From the NCBI RefSeq assembly GCF_006345805.1, contig NC_043006.1, positions 104,842,001 through 104,906,000 on the forward strand: a DNA stretch of 64,000 bases. The letters are read 5' to 3'. The DNA is from Octopus sinensis (lineage: Eukaryota). The position numbers and the translations under genes are program-made. Shown one piece after another: positions 40,084-54,259 of this stretch. Each line of letters starts with the position of its first letter. The first letter of the stretch is position 1. The notes below the pieces were generated by a model. That model had not been told where the DNA came from and did no database searches. It saw nothing but the letters and a program-made list of their open reading frames with translations.

Positions 40084-40304
40084 CGAGCGAGTGTTGAAAG
40101 GTTTCTGGCTTTAAGGGTATCACGAAAGGCCTGGTTGGAGACCCAGCCTCCCAAGTTCTTTTTAAGGGGTTAGAAAAACTGAAGGGCCACTGCAATAAGT
40201 GTATAAATCTGAGAGGGGAATATGTTGAATAGAATCACAATTAACTGACCCCCCTCCCTGTATTTTCTTTTACCCAAAGCCAAGACCTTTTCAGCAGCCC
40301 CTTG
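40084..40304. mobile_element. Mariner-derived MITE
   Basis: TIRs CGAGCGAGTGTTGAAAGGTTTCTGGCTTT and AAAGCCAAGACCTTTTCAGCAGCCCCTTG, TA flanks; internal NKCINLRGEYVE* transposase end. Confidence 0.8.
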
Positions 40305-40828
40305 TATACATACATATGTAGATAAATCTATATACCTTCGCGTTCTTCACACAGACATACAAATACAGATATATGTTAGGAGTAGATCAGAGAGAAGTGA
40401 ACAGAGTGAGGGGAAGAGAGAATGAAAGCAAGTGAAACGTATATAGCTGTGATGGCTGTATTCGTCTGGATATCTATGCATCGATGTAGTTATGCATAAA
40501 ACCATGTATGAGCATGCGAATAACTTATAGCTGCCTGCACTTCTGACATAAAGCAGGTGGATATCAATAAAACGAATATTTACGTTGTTACACGACACAT
40601 AAAGTAGAATATGAAAAATGCTATTTTGAATTTTGAGGAAACCTTAATTTTAGTTGACTGCCCTCACTTAAGAGATTTGATTTACGTTTCTATCGTTTTC
40701 TGGCCCTACGAGAGTGGTGAAATTGCGTTTAATAAAAACCCATGAGTATTTGCTGCCGGTATATATGTATATACATGCACACATACTTATATGCATATAC
40801 ACATCTTTCATTTCTTAACTGCTATTTC

Positions 40829-41160
40829 TTTCAGCCATTGGACTGCGGCCATGCCGGGACACTGCCTTTAAGAGTACACTGTCGAAAGAATCGTCCCCAG
40901 TATTTATTTGTTTTTAGCCTGATCGCTTTATCGGTTTTTTTTGTCAAACCGCTAGTTCACAGTGATTAGTCAAGCGGTGATGGGGCACAAACACAGACAC
41001 ACGCGCACACACACATACACATATATGTGTATATAGCGGCTTTCTTTTCGTTTCCGTCTGCCAAATCCACTCAGAAGGCTTTGGTCGGTCCATGACTACA
41101 GTAGAAGATAGCTGCCTAAAGTGCCACGCAGTGATACTAAATCACGTGGCTGGGAAGCAA
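40829..41160 (-). mobile_element. SINE family B, decayed
   Basis: Similarity to the 19591 and 52990 copies. Confidence 0.8.
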
Positions 41161-41480
41161 ACAACCCCGTCTGTGTATGTATAAACATATGATATGCTTA
41201 ATATATTGATACTCAGAGATACAGCCATACACAATTACACACACAAGCACACCCAAAGATATATATATACAGTTGCGGCAAAAATGATCATTTTGGCCGC
41301 CATCACTAAATCATCCATAACTTTTGTATTTTCCTCTCAAATTACACCAAAGTCTCAGACAATAGCAATTAATATTGTATTTATTGTCTGTGAAAATTAT
41401 AGAATACAAAACAACTGTGATAAAAATTTATACCTACTTTTCTGACGAAAACAGTGCGGTTCCGAACATTTTGGCCGCAA

Positions 41481-41518
<38 letters not shown>

Positions 41519-41747
41519 AGTATAAGTAAATAAATGGAGTTGGACGCTCCGTTCAACTCCATTTATTTACTTATATTATACAAATTACTGCACACTAACC
41601 CGGAGTTTCTACCTTTGAATAGGTCGCTACATCCTTGTTACTTGCGTGAATCTTGCTACTCTGGTAACTGTTTATTGAATTTTCCACGTTAACTGTAAAC
41701 AAAGTATAATTCACTCATACATTTATATATACATACATATATATAAA

Positions 41748-41905
41748 GGGAAAGTTTACGCAAATAAACAAAAGACGAAGGCGGGTTGTGTACAAACAAA
41801 CAGATGTATTAGTATAACGCTCAGGAATAGAAAAAGTCTTTTACGTTTCGAGCCTACGCTCTTCTACAGAAAGATACACAGAAAAAAACAAGGAGAGAAA
41901 AAAGT
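41748..41905 (-). mobile_element. HHR-like repeat family H2, fold intact
   Basis: Minus 41837-41874: UCUUU CUGUAGA A GAGC(GUAG)GCUC GAAA CGU A AAAGA. Confidence 0.75.
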
Positions 41906-42528
41906 GTGTAGTAGCTAACGATGTATATATATAATATATATATATATATATGGGAAAAATTGAAAAAGGAGACCAATGCCTTTTGAGTGAATTTGGTAGA
42001 CGGCAAGTGTGAGGGAACTCTTCATATATATGTATACACCTGTTGGTGTATTTGTGTTTGCGTTTCCCCAATGTTTGACAAGAGATGGTGCTTTCTTTAC
42101 GACCCCGTTACATAACGTTTCGACAAAAAGACCGACAGAATAAGTACTAGCCTCATAGATACATGTACTCGGGGCGATTTGCCCGACTAAACTCTCTGGC
42201 TGTATCCCAGCAAGGACAAAGTCCAATCAGTGAGACAAAAGTTAAAAGATACGTATAATGTTTTCAGGTGTTTATGATAAACGATGTGTAGGAAGTGGTA
42301 GAGAGTAATTATTAATAATTACAAATCAATATGCTGAATTCGGACATTCGACTTCGTCCTTAAAAAGCCTACCTTGTTCTATTTTATTCTTACAAATTAT
42401 GCGATTACTTATAAAGTTTCGTTAGTAAATCATAATAAAATTTCAACTTTGTTTTCACCAATGCGATTATCTTATCCTAGTGTAAAATTAATTTCAAAAG
42501 GGATCAGTATTGTTTATAACCATATCAT

Positions 42529-42940
42529 AGGCGTAGGTGTGGCTGTGTGGTAAGTAGCTTGCTTATGAACCTCATGGTTCCGGGTTCAATCCCATTGCGT
42601 GGCACCTTGGGCAAGTGTCTTCTACTATAGCCTCGGGCCGACCAAAGCCTTGTGAGTGGATTTGGTAGACGGAAACTGAAAGAAGCCCGGCGTATATATG
42701 TATATATATATATATGTGTGTGTGCGTGTGTATACGTTTGTGTGTCTGTATTCCCCCCCCCCACATCGCTTGACAACCGATGCTGGTGTGTTTACGTCCC
42801 CGTAACTTAGCGGTTCGGCAAAAGAGACCGATATAATAAGTACTAGACTTACAAAGAATAAATCCTGGGGTCGAGTTGTTCGACAAAAGGCGGTGCTCCA
42901 GCAAGGCCGCAGTCAAATGTCTGAATCGAATAAAAGAATA
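42529..42940 (+). mobile_element. SINE family B, full length
   Basis: Head AGGCGTAGGTGTGGCTGTGTGGTAAG..GGGTTCAATCCC, internal (TA)/(TG) tract, typical 3' part. Confidence 0.9.
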
Positions 42941-43869
42941 TCATTTTTAAAAAATGGTGATTCAGATATATTTCCTTCTCGAGAAGATATGAGACACCAT
43001 CGGAATATAAGGGTTAAGAACTCACAATACCAGTCACCAATCTATAACATTCAATTGTCATTAATCCGTATTGACAAACTGTAATCCTCATTAAGATGCT
43101 TCCTTAATGAAGGTGTGTAATCTTCCTGGAGAAAAGTTTTCATTCAGTTGAATACAAGTTTGTAATTACAACGAATAATTATCTTGATCATTTGTCTCAA
43201 ACTAATATTACAGAAAATGTCTAATTCTGAAACTAGTCATTGCTATATATATAGACAATAGCAAAAACTAGAAATATAAGTGCATGCAATGTTAAAATCA
43301 AAGCCATATATATGAAATATAGTACATATCACATGAAAATCCTTCTTTCTATTTTTTGCTCTCATTCAAATTTCCGTTGTTATCTAGTGTTGTGCATGTT
43401 TGGCACAGAATAGAAAAAAAAAAAATAAAACACCAGTGAACTTCCCTTCATTGATGAACCTTCACTAATGAGATGAATTCTTTATCTATTGATTTCTACC
43501 GTACTGTCTAGCCATGACGTATAATATACTTCACTGAAATATGACACGATTTTCAAATAGATGTGAGCAGGCGCACGCGCGCGCGCATGTGTTCATGTAT
43601 GTATCAAGTACGTAATATATAGCTAGCAATATTTTTCATGCTAAGCTTTCACATGAAGTGCCTCAGTAGATATTTTAGTGGTCATTGTGTCCACAAGATA
43701 CTAAAATTTTAAAAATTTAAACTGCATTGTCTATACGACTACATCGCAGATAATAAAAGATGGTCTGATTGGACGATGCCGTTTCGGGTAATGACTCGAC
43801 TTCGCCAGCAATGAAACACACTCTCCGGCTTGTTATTGCGAACTTGGGTTGAAAGCCATCGATCCATCG

Positions 43870-44185
<316 letters not shown>

Positions 44186-44429
44186 ACATTAGTGTGTAGG
44201 ATTGACTTTGACCCCCACCTACTACGCATAGGGGTACTGGGATTAGTTTTCTGCCAATAAGTAGCAAATATTAATATCGCACTAAGGTTTTACCCAGTTT
44301 TTTCTTTCATTAGTGTTCTTATGTATTAATTTTCCTTCAACAGGTACAATTGAAGTTATTTCTGCCAACTCCTTTCATAATACTATAACTATTAAATAGC
44401 GTTTAGCCTCTCACCTCTGACCCTTGCAG

Positions 44430-44760
44430 CATGGACCATACCATTAAACCCACAACAGAGCATACATCCTTAACTATTTCCCTTAGTAATATGGAAACAC
44501 GATGTAAATCGCAGCCTATGGATATATCTCCTGAGAGTCACTTTCTTTGCTTACCACAGGATGGAATACCATGGATTATAAATGAAGTTCTTACTTTTCC
44601 TTACCATATCTATTACAATGCATTACATTATTGTTTTATTTTTACATATTTTACTCAATCGTATCTTATTTTACCCTACTCTATTATTCTAACTGAATTT
44701 CCCAAATGTTACTTTCCTAATATTTGTACTCTGTGAGTGAAGAAGCCTTGAGGCTCAACC
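44430..44760 (+). mobile_element. Possible Penelope-like remnant: GIY-YIG tail then a decayed HHR-like trace
   Basis: SNMETRCK...PWIINEVLTF resembles GN.E.RK...PHGINERF.F; GTGAAGAAGCCTTGAGGC at ~44737. Confidence 0.3.
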
Positions 44761-44905
44761 ATTATCCTATCTCTGTCCAATGTTTGTTCATCCCTGTATA
44801 TCACTGGCGTGATGAGGATGCATTGAAAGATTCTGATGCCTCATGGTAGAAACGGCCGTAACGGATTTGTATCTGTACATTCACCTATTATCATTCATTC
44901 ATCTA

Positions 44906-44953
<48 letters not shown>

Positions 44954-45020
44954 TATGTATACATACATATATCTATACACGCACGCACATGCACGCACAC
45001 ACACACACACATATTTATAT

Positions 45021-45067
<47 letters not shown>

Positions 45068-45936
45068 TGTGTGTGTGTGTGTGTTGTGTGTGTGTGAGTG
45101 TGTGTGAGTGTGTGTGCATGCATATGTACATACATATATAAATATACCCATACTTACATGCATATACACATATGTATTCTATGTAAGCTTATGTCTGAAT
45201 CTCTGAGTATGTGGGGAGAAAGAGAGAGAAAGAGAGACAGAGGAGCAAGAAAGAGAGAATGAAAGAAAAAGAGAGTAAAAGGATATGGAGAGAATCTTTG
45301 TTTTACAAAATACGATAGGAAATCAGACTGAACGAGGATATTACCTCAGAAATACTTAATCCGTCCTTAGAGTTGTCATGAAACACTTTTCACAGTCTTT
45401 AAGTACTACAAAGAGCTATTAACTCGAAATATTAAGTCTTTTCAAATTTTTGTAATTTATAATTCCAGTGTGTTTGTTGTTACAGTTTATTATATTTAAT
45501 GTCCTATAATTTTTTTGCTATATCCGTCTATAACATGTCACTTTTTATTATGCAATACTATAAGCATTTCATATATGAATCAATGGAACACTGATAGCCA
45601 CAGGAATTGAACTTAGATTGTTTGAAATACAAGTACGAGACCATACCAAGTGGCGGTGTTCCATCACGATCGAAACCAAAACTTTCGAAGCCACCGGAAG
45701 AGAAAAGGAAGAAATTATATGACAAGAGAGAAAGGCTCGACAGAGTCAAACTCGTCCTCTACCAGCGTTATTGTACAGTCAATGCCATCGACTCTTCTAT
45801 GGAAGAATTAGTCGACAGAGTCATCAACAATATCACTATAAAGGAAGCGTTAAGCAAGGAAATAAATACTCGGATATAAGACAAGGCCGCCGACACCGAT
45901 GACGACCATGACAACAATATATATATATATATAAAT

Positions 45937-46140
45937 AAACTAACCAAAAAGTATTAAAAGTATATTATATTATATTAAACTTTTTAATACTTTTTGGTTA
46001 GTTTAAAAAAAAAGGTTAAAAGTTTAAAAGTTTAAAAATTTATAAATTTAAATTTTAAAATATAAAAATATAAAAATTTATAAATTTAAATTTTAAAATA
46101 TAAAAATATAAAAATTTATAAATATAAATTTTAAAATTTC
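45937..46140. repeat. 23-bp perfect hairpin followed by a G/C-free 38-bp tandem repeat
   Basis: 45937-45959 is the reverse complement of 45982-46004; 38-bp unit starts at 46034, 46072, 46110. Confidence 0.85.
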
Positions 46141-47771
46141 AAATTCCAATAATTTAAATTTTAAATTTTGTATTTTATATATATTTTGTATATTATATTG
46201 ATTATATTTATTTTTTGTTTTTTATGTTTGGCTTATGTCTATCACTGAGTTGCCTAATAGTGGTTTTATCTCTAATTTAATTAACATATATATATATATA
46301 TATAAAAGTAAAAATGCTAGTTCTAAAATCTCTCTGTAGTTATACTGACAATATTACTTATCAGTACAACTAATGCGTTGATCTCTTAAAGAGATTTTAG
46401 AACTTGGATTTTTGCTTGTTGCAAAACCAGCGAGTGTATGTTCGCTTGAAATATGTATGTATTACGTGCAGAAGTGAGCTGCTATCATCTCCAATATTCA
46501 GGCGTGGCACTAATAAGACTGGTCTACTGGTCCCGTCGCTAGGAGGTGTTAGGGGTTCGCTGCACTGCTCGCAATTTTATCGGATGCAGCTGTGCATCGA
46601 TAACAAACTCGAGGAAATGTTTTGTTGGGGTTAAAAGTCGCAGTAGAGTCCGCTCTAACGGACAGCTGCTAATGATTTCATAGTAAAAATGAATTAGCGA
46701 ATTCATGATATATGTAGCCTAGTCATATCGCTCCCGAGTGACGGTTTCCTGTGCTTTTATTTTTTTATTTATTTATTTGCTACTGATCATTGCTGTTCTG
46801 TTTTTGGCTTTGGTGTTTGCAGTTCTTACATTGTTGAGATTTACTTTCGACCTTTCAACGACAATATGCCAAAATATTTATTTGATTTATAATTTTTGAC
46901 TCTAGCATCACTTTGTCAATCATTTATTTCAGTGCATTCGTTGTATGAGGCATCAGTAATAATCTTAATCTGGGTTTAATTTATTCGTATATGTCCGCTC
47001 TGTTTTGCAAATGTGTGACATTCTCGTGATAAAAGTAAATAACTATTGAAATGTGGAGGCGATGAAAAACCAAGGAAGAGAGATAAGAAGGAGTTAAAAA
47101 GAATAACTAAAACAAGAGCAAGAAATGAAATGAGTGTGCGTGCGTTTCTATACTTTGATACTCATGAAATATTTTGTAAAATAAACTGTTATAGAAAATC
47201 TGCCCTTCGACCACAAACGTCGACATATTTACACACAAACTCAAATATATACTAACGTACAGGAACAGAAAAAACCTGGAACCTATGCAAAATAACTGTA
47301 TGGGACTCAAACGGAATTAACTGTAACACCAACATATTGACAGCAAAGCTTACGCTGAAATAACTGACGCTTCAAGGAAACATGCAAAACTGAAAATAAC
47401 ATCTACTGTAAAGATGGAAATATTTTGTAGAATATCCAGAGAAAGCCAACACAATTTGCAGTGATGCTGCTATAAGATCGCTCATTAATTCAAGACTAGC
47501 AACCAAATCTTCCTCAAATCACATACTGCTCTCTTGAAAACTGGCAAGGTGTATTGTCTCGCATATCCATAGCTACTCATAAAGAAAGATTTTACTTGGA
47601 TGATCTACGATGAAGAAAGATGAAAATGTGATTATCCTTGCATTACTTTGAGCTCTCAACTCCTGATGAAGTTGTAGTGGAGGGGTACCTAGGTCTTTGT
47701 GTAGGTAATTTTTAGAGCGAGCACGACCCATCCCTCTCCCAAACGAAAAAAAACCGAATTTCTTTACAAAT

Positions 47772-47805
<34 letters not shown>

Positions 47806-48269
47806 AAAACAGAAGCAAATGCCTAAACCAACATTTGGTGCTTCTCAAAAAGTAAAGAGGAAACATTTTAAGGAAAATAATTAAATGTCATAAAAATATG
47901 ATTTGGCATGTCAGGAGACAACAAGGGAGTATGTTGAGGACAGACGAAATTTTGAGAGAACTGAGAAGTTTTATAAGTGGGAAAATAATTAGGAGGAACT
48001 TAGATCAGCATAATTTGTACAATCACAAAAGATGGCTCAAGGGAGATAATTCAAAAGGGTAACTGGTATTGTGTGTTTGTTTCTTTGTTTGCATGTGCCG
48101 CCGGTGCGTTCGTGCACGTGCGCTTGTCTGGTCGCGGGCGCGCGCGTGGTTGTCTCTTCATTGCAGTTTTCCTTAATAATGTAAACCGCATCTAGTCCCA
48201 GTTAACATTACGAAACCTGAATGTCTAGAAGGTTATGAACAGTGCAAAACAGCTTCCATCAGGAGATTG

Positions 48270-48450
48270 ACCTTAGAATCAGATGTGGCAAATAAGTTTA
48301 AAATCTCATGGAAAATATTGCAGCTGGAGACATATTCACAATGCAAAAAAGACAAAAAAACAAAAAAAAATACATGCAAAATGTGAACATTCAAATCTGA
48401 AGTCGATCCTGCAACATCGGCGAACACGTGATGGTTGAAAGAAACTTAAA
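48270..48450 (+). mobile_element. Penelope-like element C-terminal remnant
   Basis: FKISWKILQLETYSQCKK..TCKM..KSEVDPATSAN resembles PLE tails I.W.IL...YS..K.C.LC..EK..I...P...LN. Confidence 0.45.
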
Positions 48451-48794
48451 GAAGTCAAATGAGGACAACAGCAAACAACTGAACTGGAATATTCGTCTAT
48501 AAATTTAAATTGCTTTAGTGTTAGTTGAGAATTTTTTCAGATCCATGTCCCACGACAGTTAAAGCAGATTTATCTGGCTGTGACAAATATCGTACAAATA
48601 ACATACAAACTATCCACGGGGCACCAGCTTGGCTATATGACCGGCAGGATTATATTTTTCGATATTTACAAATGTTATATAGTTGCATAACTTTTATTTA
48701 CACGCTGCGATACATGTCGAGAATAATTCAAGTAGATTGATATAATAGAGTTATTTATTGTACATAAATACACGCAGCTGGATACAATTATATG

Positions 48795-48826
<32 letters not shown>

Positions 48827-49176
48827 ATATATAATATATATATATATATGTATGTATGTGTGTATGTATGTATGTGCACGTAGATACATATACACATACA
48901 TATATATGCATACATGAGCGCAAAAGATATATTGAAATGTATATAAGTGCGTAACTGTACTCGTGTATATGGATGCAGATATACATTCATGCATATAAAG
49001 CTAATTACGTGAATATGTTTCCAAATACAGTATCATTGAATCTTCCTACCTCGCTCGTGCACACTCCTTCACTCTAACTCTCATTCGTAGCCATCTTTCT
49101 CTCTCTCTCTCTCCCTATCTATCTCTCTCTCTTTACACACACACACACACACACACACACAACCATATATATATAT

Positions 49177-49225
<49 letters not shown>

Positions 49226-49254
49226 CGCAATGTTGAATCGTTAGCTCCTGCACG

Positions 49255-49432
49255 CATTTTTTCTCTCCTTGTTTCTCTCCGTGTTTTTTTTCTGTGTATC
49301 TTTCTGTCGAAGAGCGTAGGCTCGAAACGTAAAAGACTTGTTTTATTTCTATTCCTGAGCGCCATTCTAATACAATTGTTTGTTTGTACTCCACCTGCCT
49401 TCGTCTTTTGTTTATTTTCGTAAAACTTCCCG

Positions 49433-49508
<76 letters not shown>

Positions 49509-49595
49509 AGGGAGAGTTTACGAAAAAACAAAAGACGAAGATGGGTGCTGTACAAAACAAACAATGTATTAGTATAACACTCAGGAATAGAAAAA
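49255..49595 (+). mobile_element. HHR-like family H2 copy (49255-49432) plus inverted partial copy (49510-49595) around (TA)n
   Basis: 49299-49336: UCUUU CUGUCGA A GAGC(GUAG)GCUC GAAA CGU A AAAGA; the inverted arm stops before the fold. Confidence 0.8.
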
Positions 49596-49608
49596 TTAGA
49601 AAAGAATA

Positions 49609-49681
<73 letters not shown>

Positions 49682-50558
49682 TTATTTATTTATTTATATA
49701 TACATATATATATATGTAGGTATATGTAGATGATGATGTGTGTGTGTGAATGTATATATGCCTAGTTGTGCTTGTGAATGTGTATGTACTTGCACTTGGG
49801 TTAGTTTACCGAAATGCCCTACTTTAAAAATCTCTGGAGCCATGAAGACATAAATTTTGCCTTTAATTAATTGGCTGTCATCTATCAGCACCCTCCTGTA
49901 CATACATACGCGCATACATACATGAATACATACATGAATTTGTGTGTGAGTGTGAACATGCATACAAACATATAATAAGCTATGTGTATGTGCATATGCC
50001 CATATGATTAACTCTAAAATGTTTTATGAATAATAAATAACACTACACAGAAATATACTTTCTCTACGTATCCAATACGCGTAACTACTTTGCAGCATAA
50101 AACATAGGTATGTGAGGTAAGGATATAGAACTACGTAACTAAAAACCAATTATAATACAACACATAATATGCAGCCTTGCAGGTGCTTGCACTGTTTACT
50201 GTTTGTTAGCTGCATGATACTAGTTACATATAGATGACAATGCTCTGATTTTAATTCTATAATGGCCCGACGAAAAAAAAAGGATCTAATTATGTAAAGT
50301 TTATCTTTTTCTTGTTTCAGTTTCATTAGAATGTGGTAATGCTGGAACACCGCCTCAAAGGGTTTTTTGTCGAATGAACCGACCTGAAGACATGTCTTTT
50401 AAAGCCTCGTACTCGTACTATCAGTCACTTCACTGTACCAGTAACTTACGGGGATGTAAACAAATCAGCACTGGTTGTTAAGCGGTGAGGAAGACAAACA
50501 CAGACACCAACAAACACACACGCACAGACACATACAATCACACACATATGTGTGTGTA

Positions 50559-50631
<73 letters not shown>

Positions 50632-50634
50632 ATA

Positions 50635-50810
50635 GGGAGAGTTTATGAAAAAAACAAAAGATGAAAACAGGTGGTATACAAAACAAACAGATGTATTAGT
50701 ATAACAATCAGAAATAGAAAAACTCTTTTACGTTTCGAGCCTACGCTCTTCTACAGAAAGGGACACAGAAAAAACAAGGAGAGAAAGAGAAACAAGAGAG
50801 AAAAAAGTGA
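50635..50810 (-). mobile_element. HHR-like repeat family H2, fold intact (4-bp stem I)
   Basis: Minus 50724-50761: CUUU CUGUAGA A GAGC(GUAG)GCUC GAAA CGU A AAAG. Confidence 0.75.
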
Positions 50811-50813
50811 GTA

Positions 50814-50852
<39 letters not shown>

Positions 50853-51354
50853 AATATGGTTACAGGACGTCACAAATAGTAAACAACATTAAATACGAAA
50901 GCAAACGGTTTGAATACACAGACAACGAGAGAAAGAATTTGAAAAGGGGACAAGTAAGCTAAAGAATGACCTTTTATCAGTTGTTGGCTGCCTCGCTACT
51001 CCTTGTTTCGAGAATCAAATAACAATATGAGTCTTTGAAGGCAGTTAGTTACTCCTACAAATACCAAAATAAAATTTGTGGTTTATGGAGGACAAAAGTT
51101 TGGAACACAATGAGCACAGTGGAGATATACAAGGAAATTGAACGCAAACGAACATGGAGGGTCGTTAGACCAGAACTAGGTTAAAATAGCGAACGCTTGA
51201 GTAATATTTTTTGTTGTTTTGACAAGAGAAAAGGCAGAATTGAGATGGGATACGTCCAGCCTCTAGGACAGCCTTGAAAGAAAATAAAGATGGTCACGTG
51301 AGGAAAAGTGAAGAAAAGAAAGACGGACAACGGACAATATATATATATATTTGG

Positions 51355-51620
51355 AATTTACAAAATAACAAAACAAAAGACGAAGACAGGTGTGTAAACA
51401 ACGAACAGATATATTAGATTTAGTTTAACGCTCGGGAAGTGAGAAAATTTTTGCGTTTCGAGCCTACGTTCTTCAACAGAAGGGGACACAGAAATAAGCA
51501 GAGAGAGAAAATAAAGGTTTAGTGGTCAGCGATCAATCATAGCGAATGCCGTACAGAGGTGGTCAGTCAGGGAGAAAGGGAGATAAAAAGTTGTGGTGAT
51601 CCCAAAACGAAGGTGCGCGT
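51355..51620 (-). mobile_element. HHR-like repeat family H2, degenerate copy with a possible upstream PLE tail
   Basis: Minus: CUU CUGUUGA A GAAC GUAG GCUC GAAA CGC A; upstream TTFYLPFSLTDHLCTAF is weakly GIY-YIG-like. Confidence 0.55.
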
Positions 51621-51717
51621 GCGTGTATATGTGAGAGCGTGTATATGCGTGTTGATAGGGGTTGGTGACCTTGACGTGTGCGTATGCGCATGTGTAGGTG
51701 TGTGGACGATGGTGTGG

Positions 51718-51774
<57 letters not shown>

Positions 51775-52989
51775 TATATATTATATATATATATATACAT
51801 ATACACGACCAGCTTCTTTCAGATTACGTTAACCACATCTACTCATGAGGCTTTGGTTGACCCAAGGCTATTTACATAATAGAAGAAACCTTCCCAAGTG
51901 CCATGCAGTTGGTATGAACGCGGAACCATGTGATTAGAAACCAAACCTCTTACAACACAGTTACGCCCACGCCTGCTATTGAAAAATCTCAAACATTTTT
52001 GCCTGTAAGTATCATAATTGAAATATTTTATGTCCATCATAATTCTTTTTCAACGTCTGAGCTTCACGCTATTAAAATTTTATCATTTTAATGTAAGGAT
52101 TTAATGGTAGTCTTTCGTGTCCGAGGAAAACGCATCCGCAATTTCTTGTTCAACAACCTACGAACCCGCGCGCCCTCGCTTTTATGTAAATATTACGGTT
52201 TTAAAAGACAAAGCAATTGATAGGCTGTTCAATAAGGGAAAGGGTAAATATGAATGAAACTGAATTATATATATGAAATATAGAAATAAACTCGAATGAG
52301 CTCTAGTTGTGAAGAGTTCAGTACGATTCAGTGGCATGTATGAATGAAATTTAACGGTGGTACAATTTCATTTGACAAGTACCAAAAGATGTAATTGAAT
52401 TACAATGTAAGTGAGCGACCTTGTCTCGAAGTGGGCCGCATGAGCCATGGCCATTATTAAGCGGGCTGCACCGCTAAAAATATTCAAGGAAATTTTTCTT
52501 TGAACATGCCTTTGAGAAAGTCTCGCGAGCGGGAGTACATCTATGTCTGGTTTACATTACTTCGTGATTAAATATTTTGTGCGAGTGAAAATGTTCAATC
52601 ACAACACTACCTATTGCTAGAAATACCAAATATATTTTAGTCAAAATTTGAAAATGGTTACGCTGTTTGTTCCTACAAACAGAGATGACTTCTGATACTG
52701 GAATGTCTTCTTAATCGGAGTTACCGTGGCGTTAAAAACCAATGTTAACTGCAGCGGTAATAATATCATTAAAAAAGACGAACTAAAATGGTAAAACTTC
52801 AGCCACATTCTACCGCCTTTATAATATCAAGACTATATTATCCTATTGATGTATTAACAGTATTTCGTTTCGTTGCTGGTATAGTATGGTATAGAACGCG
52901 TGGTTTGATTTTTAGCCAACGCTGTGTTAGATGGTAATAAAATATTCTTCTACATTCACAGCATGCTTTACTCTTTTACTCTTTTATTT

Positions 52990-53206
52990 GTTTCAGTCAT
53001 TTGACTGTGGCCATGCTGGGGCACCGCGTTTTAGTCGAGCAAATCGACCCCAGGACTTATTCTTTGTAAGCCTGGTACTTATTCTATCAGTCTCTTTTGC
53101 TGAACCGCTAAGTGACGGGGACGTAAACACACCAGCATCGGTTGTCAAGCGATGTTGGGGGGACAAACACAGATACACAACATATACACACATACATATA
53201 TATATG

Positions 53207-53294
<88 letters not shown>

Positions 53295-53457
53295 GACGGG
53301 CTTCTTTCAGTTTTCGTCTACCGAATCCACTCACAAGGCTTCGGTCGGCCCGAGGCTATTGTAGAAAGCAATCATCCAAGATGCCACGCAGTGGGACTGA
53401 ACCCGGAACCATGTGGTTTGTAAGCAAGCTACTTACCACACAGCCACTCCTACGCCT
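52990..53457 (-). mobile_element. SINE family B, full length with expanded internal (TA)n
   Basis: Reverse complement of the 42529 copy. Confidence 0.9.
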
Positions 53458-54259
53458 ATAGGACACAAAAAATGAGGAAACTTGATAAACAGCTAAAGCG
53501 TGCAACGTGTACACCATTCCCCGCTTTATATATGCTCGTAAACGCATTGTGTGAATACATGCAATGCTTACATTTGTCGTAGCATGAATTGTTGGCTAAA
53601 AAATTAACTGATTCAGAGATACGTTCTATTCCATATTATTACAAGAACATATATACAATGAATTCCTAGAATTAGAAACATGAAATAAAACCCAGAATGT
53701 TTCAAACAAACTAGAACAACATTCATCGGTCCTGATCAGAAAATCAGGGCTGATCCTAAACCAGAACAGTTAAAGCAATATTAACAATAACTGTAGATTT
53801 CCAACCTCACATTTCATTCAACGTGATACCTATCACATATCAATTTCCTATTTCTAAATTATAGAATAATACCTCTGCATTCATATGAGAACATTTTAAT
53901 ATAACCGACTTCTCTCATAGATCAGTTGTACTGTGCCAAGCTAATTATGATGCTTCACTAGAAATCTTACACTGATTGTGAAACATTGTAATTTTACTAC
54001 ATTGTATTGCACACTCAACTAGCTAGAACCAGTAAAATAATTTAGCCTATACTTATAATTCTCACCATTTATTTGACTTTTTTAGTACTCGTATCTGAGT
54101 AGATTTGTACTATACTGGGATTTTTGAAACACAATACGTAGCAAATGAGGCCCACACCCATTAAAGCTAACCCCAAGACAAATTAAGGAAGAAAATATGG
54201 AGAAATAGAATAAGCCAAAGAAGTTCATAGCAAAATAGGAAAATTGGAATGTAAAGTGA

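Noticed and set aside
46316-46404. Imperfect hairpin as a pre-miRNA
   Set aside because: A large asymmetric bulge and AT-rich stem do not fit a Drosha substrate.
50990-51050. Minus-strand ..CTCGAAAC.. hammerhead-like trace
   Set aside because: No recognisable CUGANGA core.
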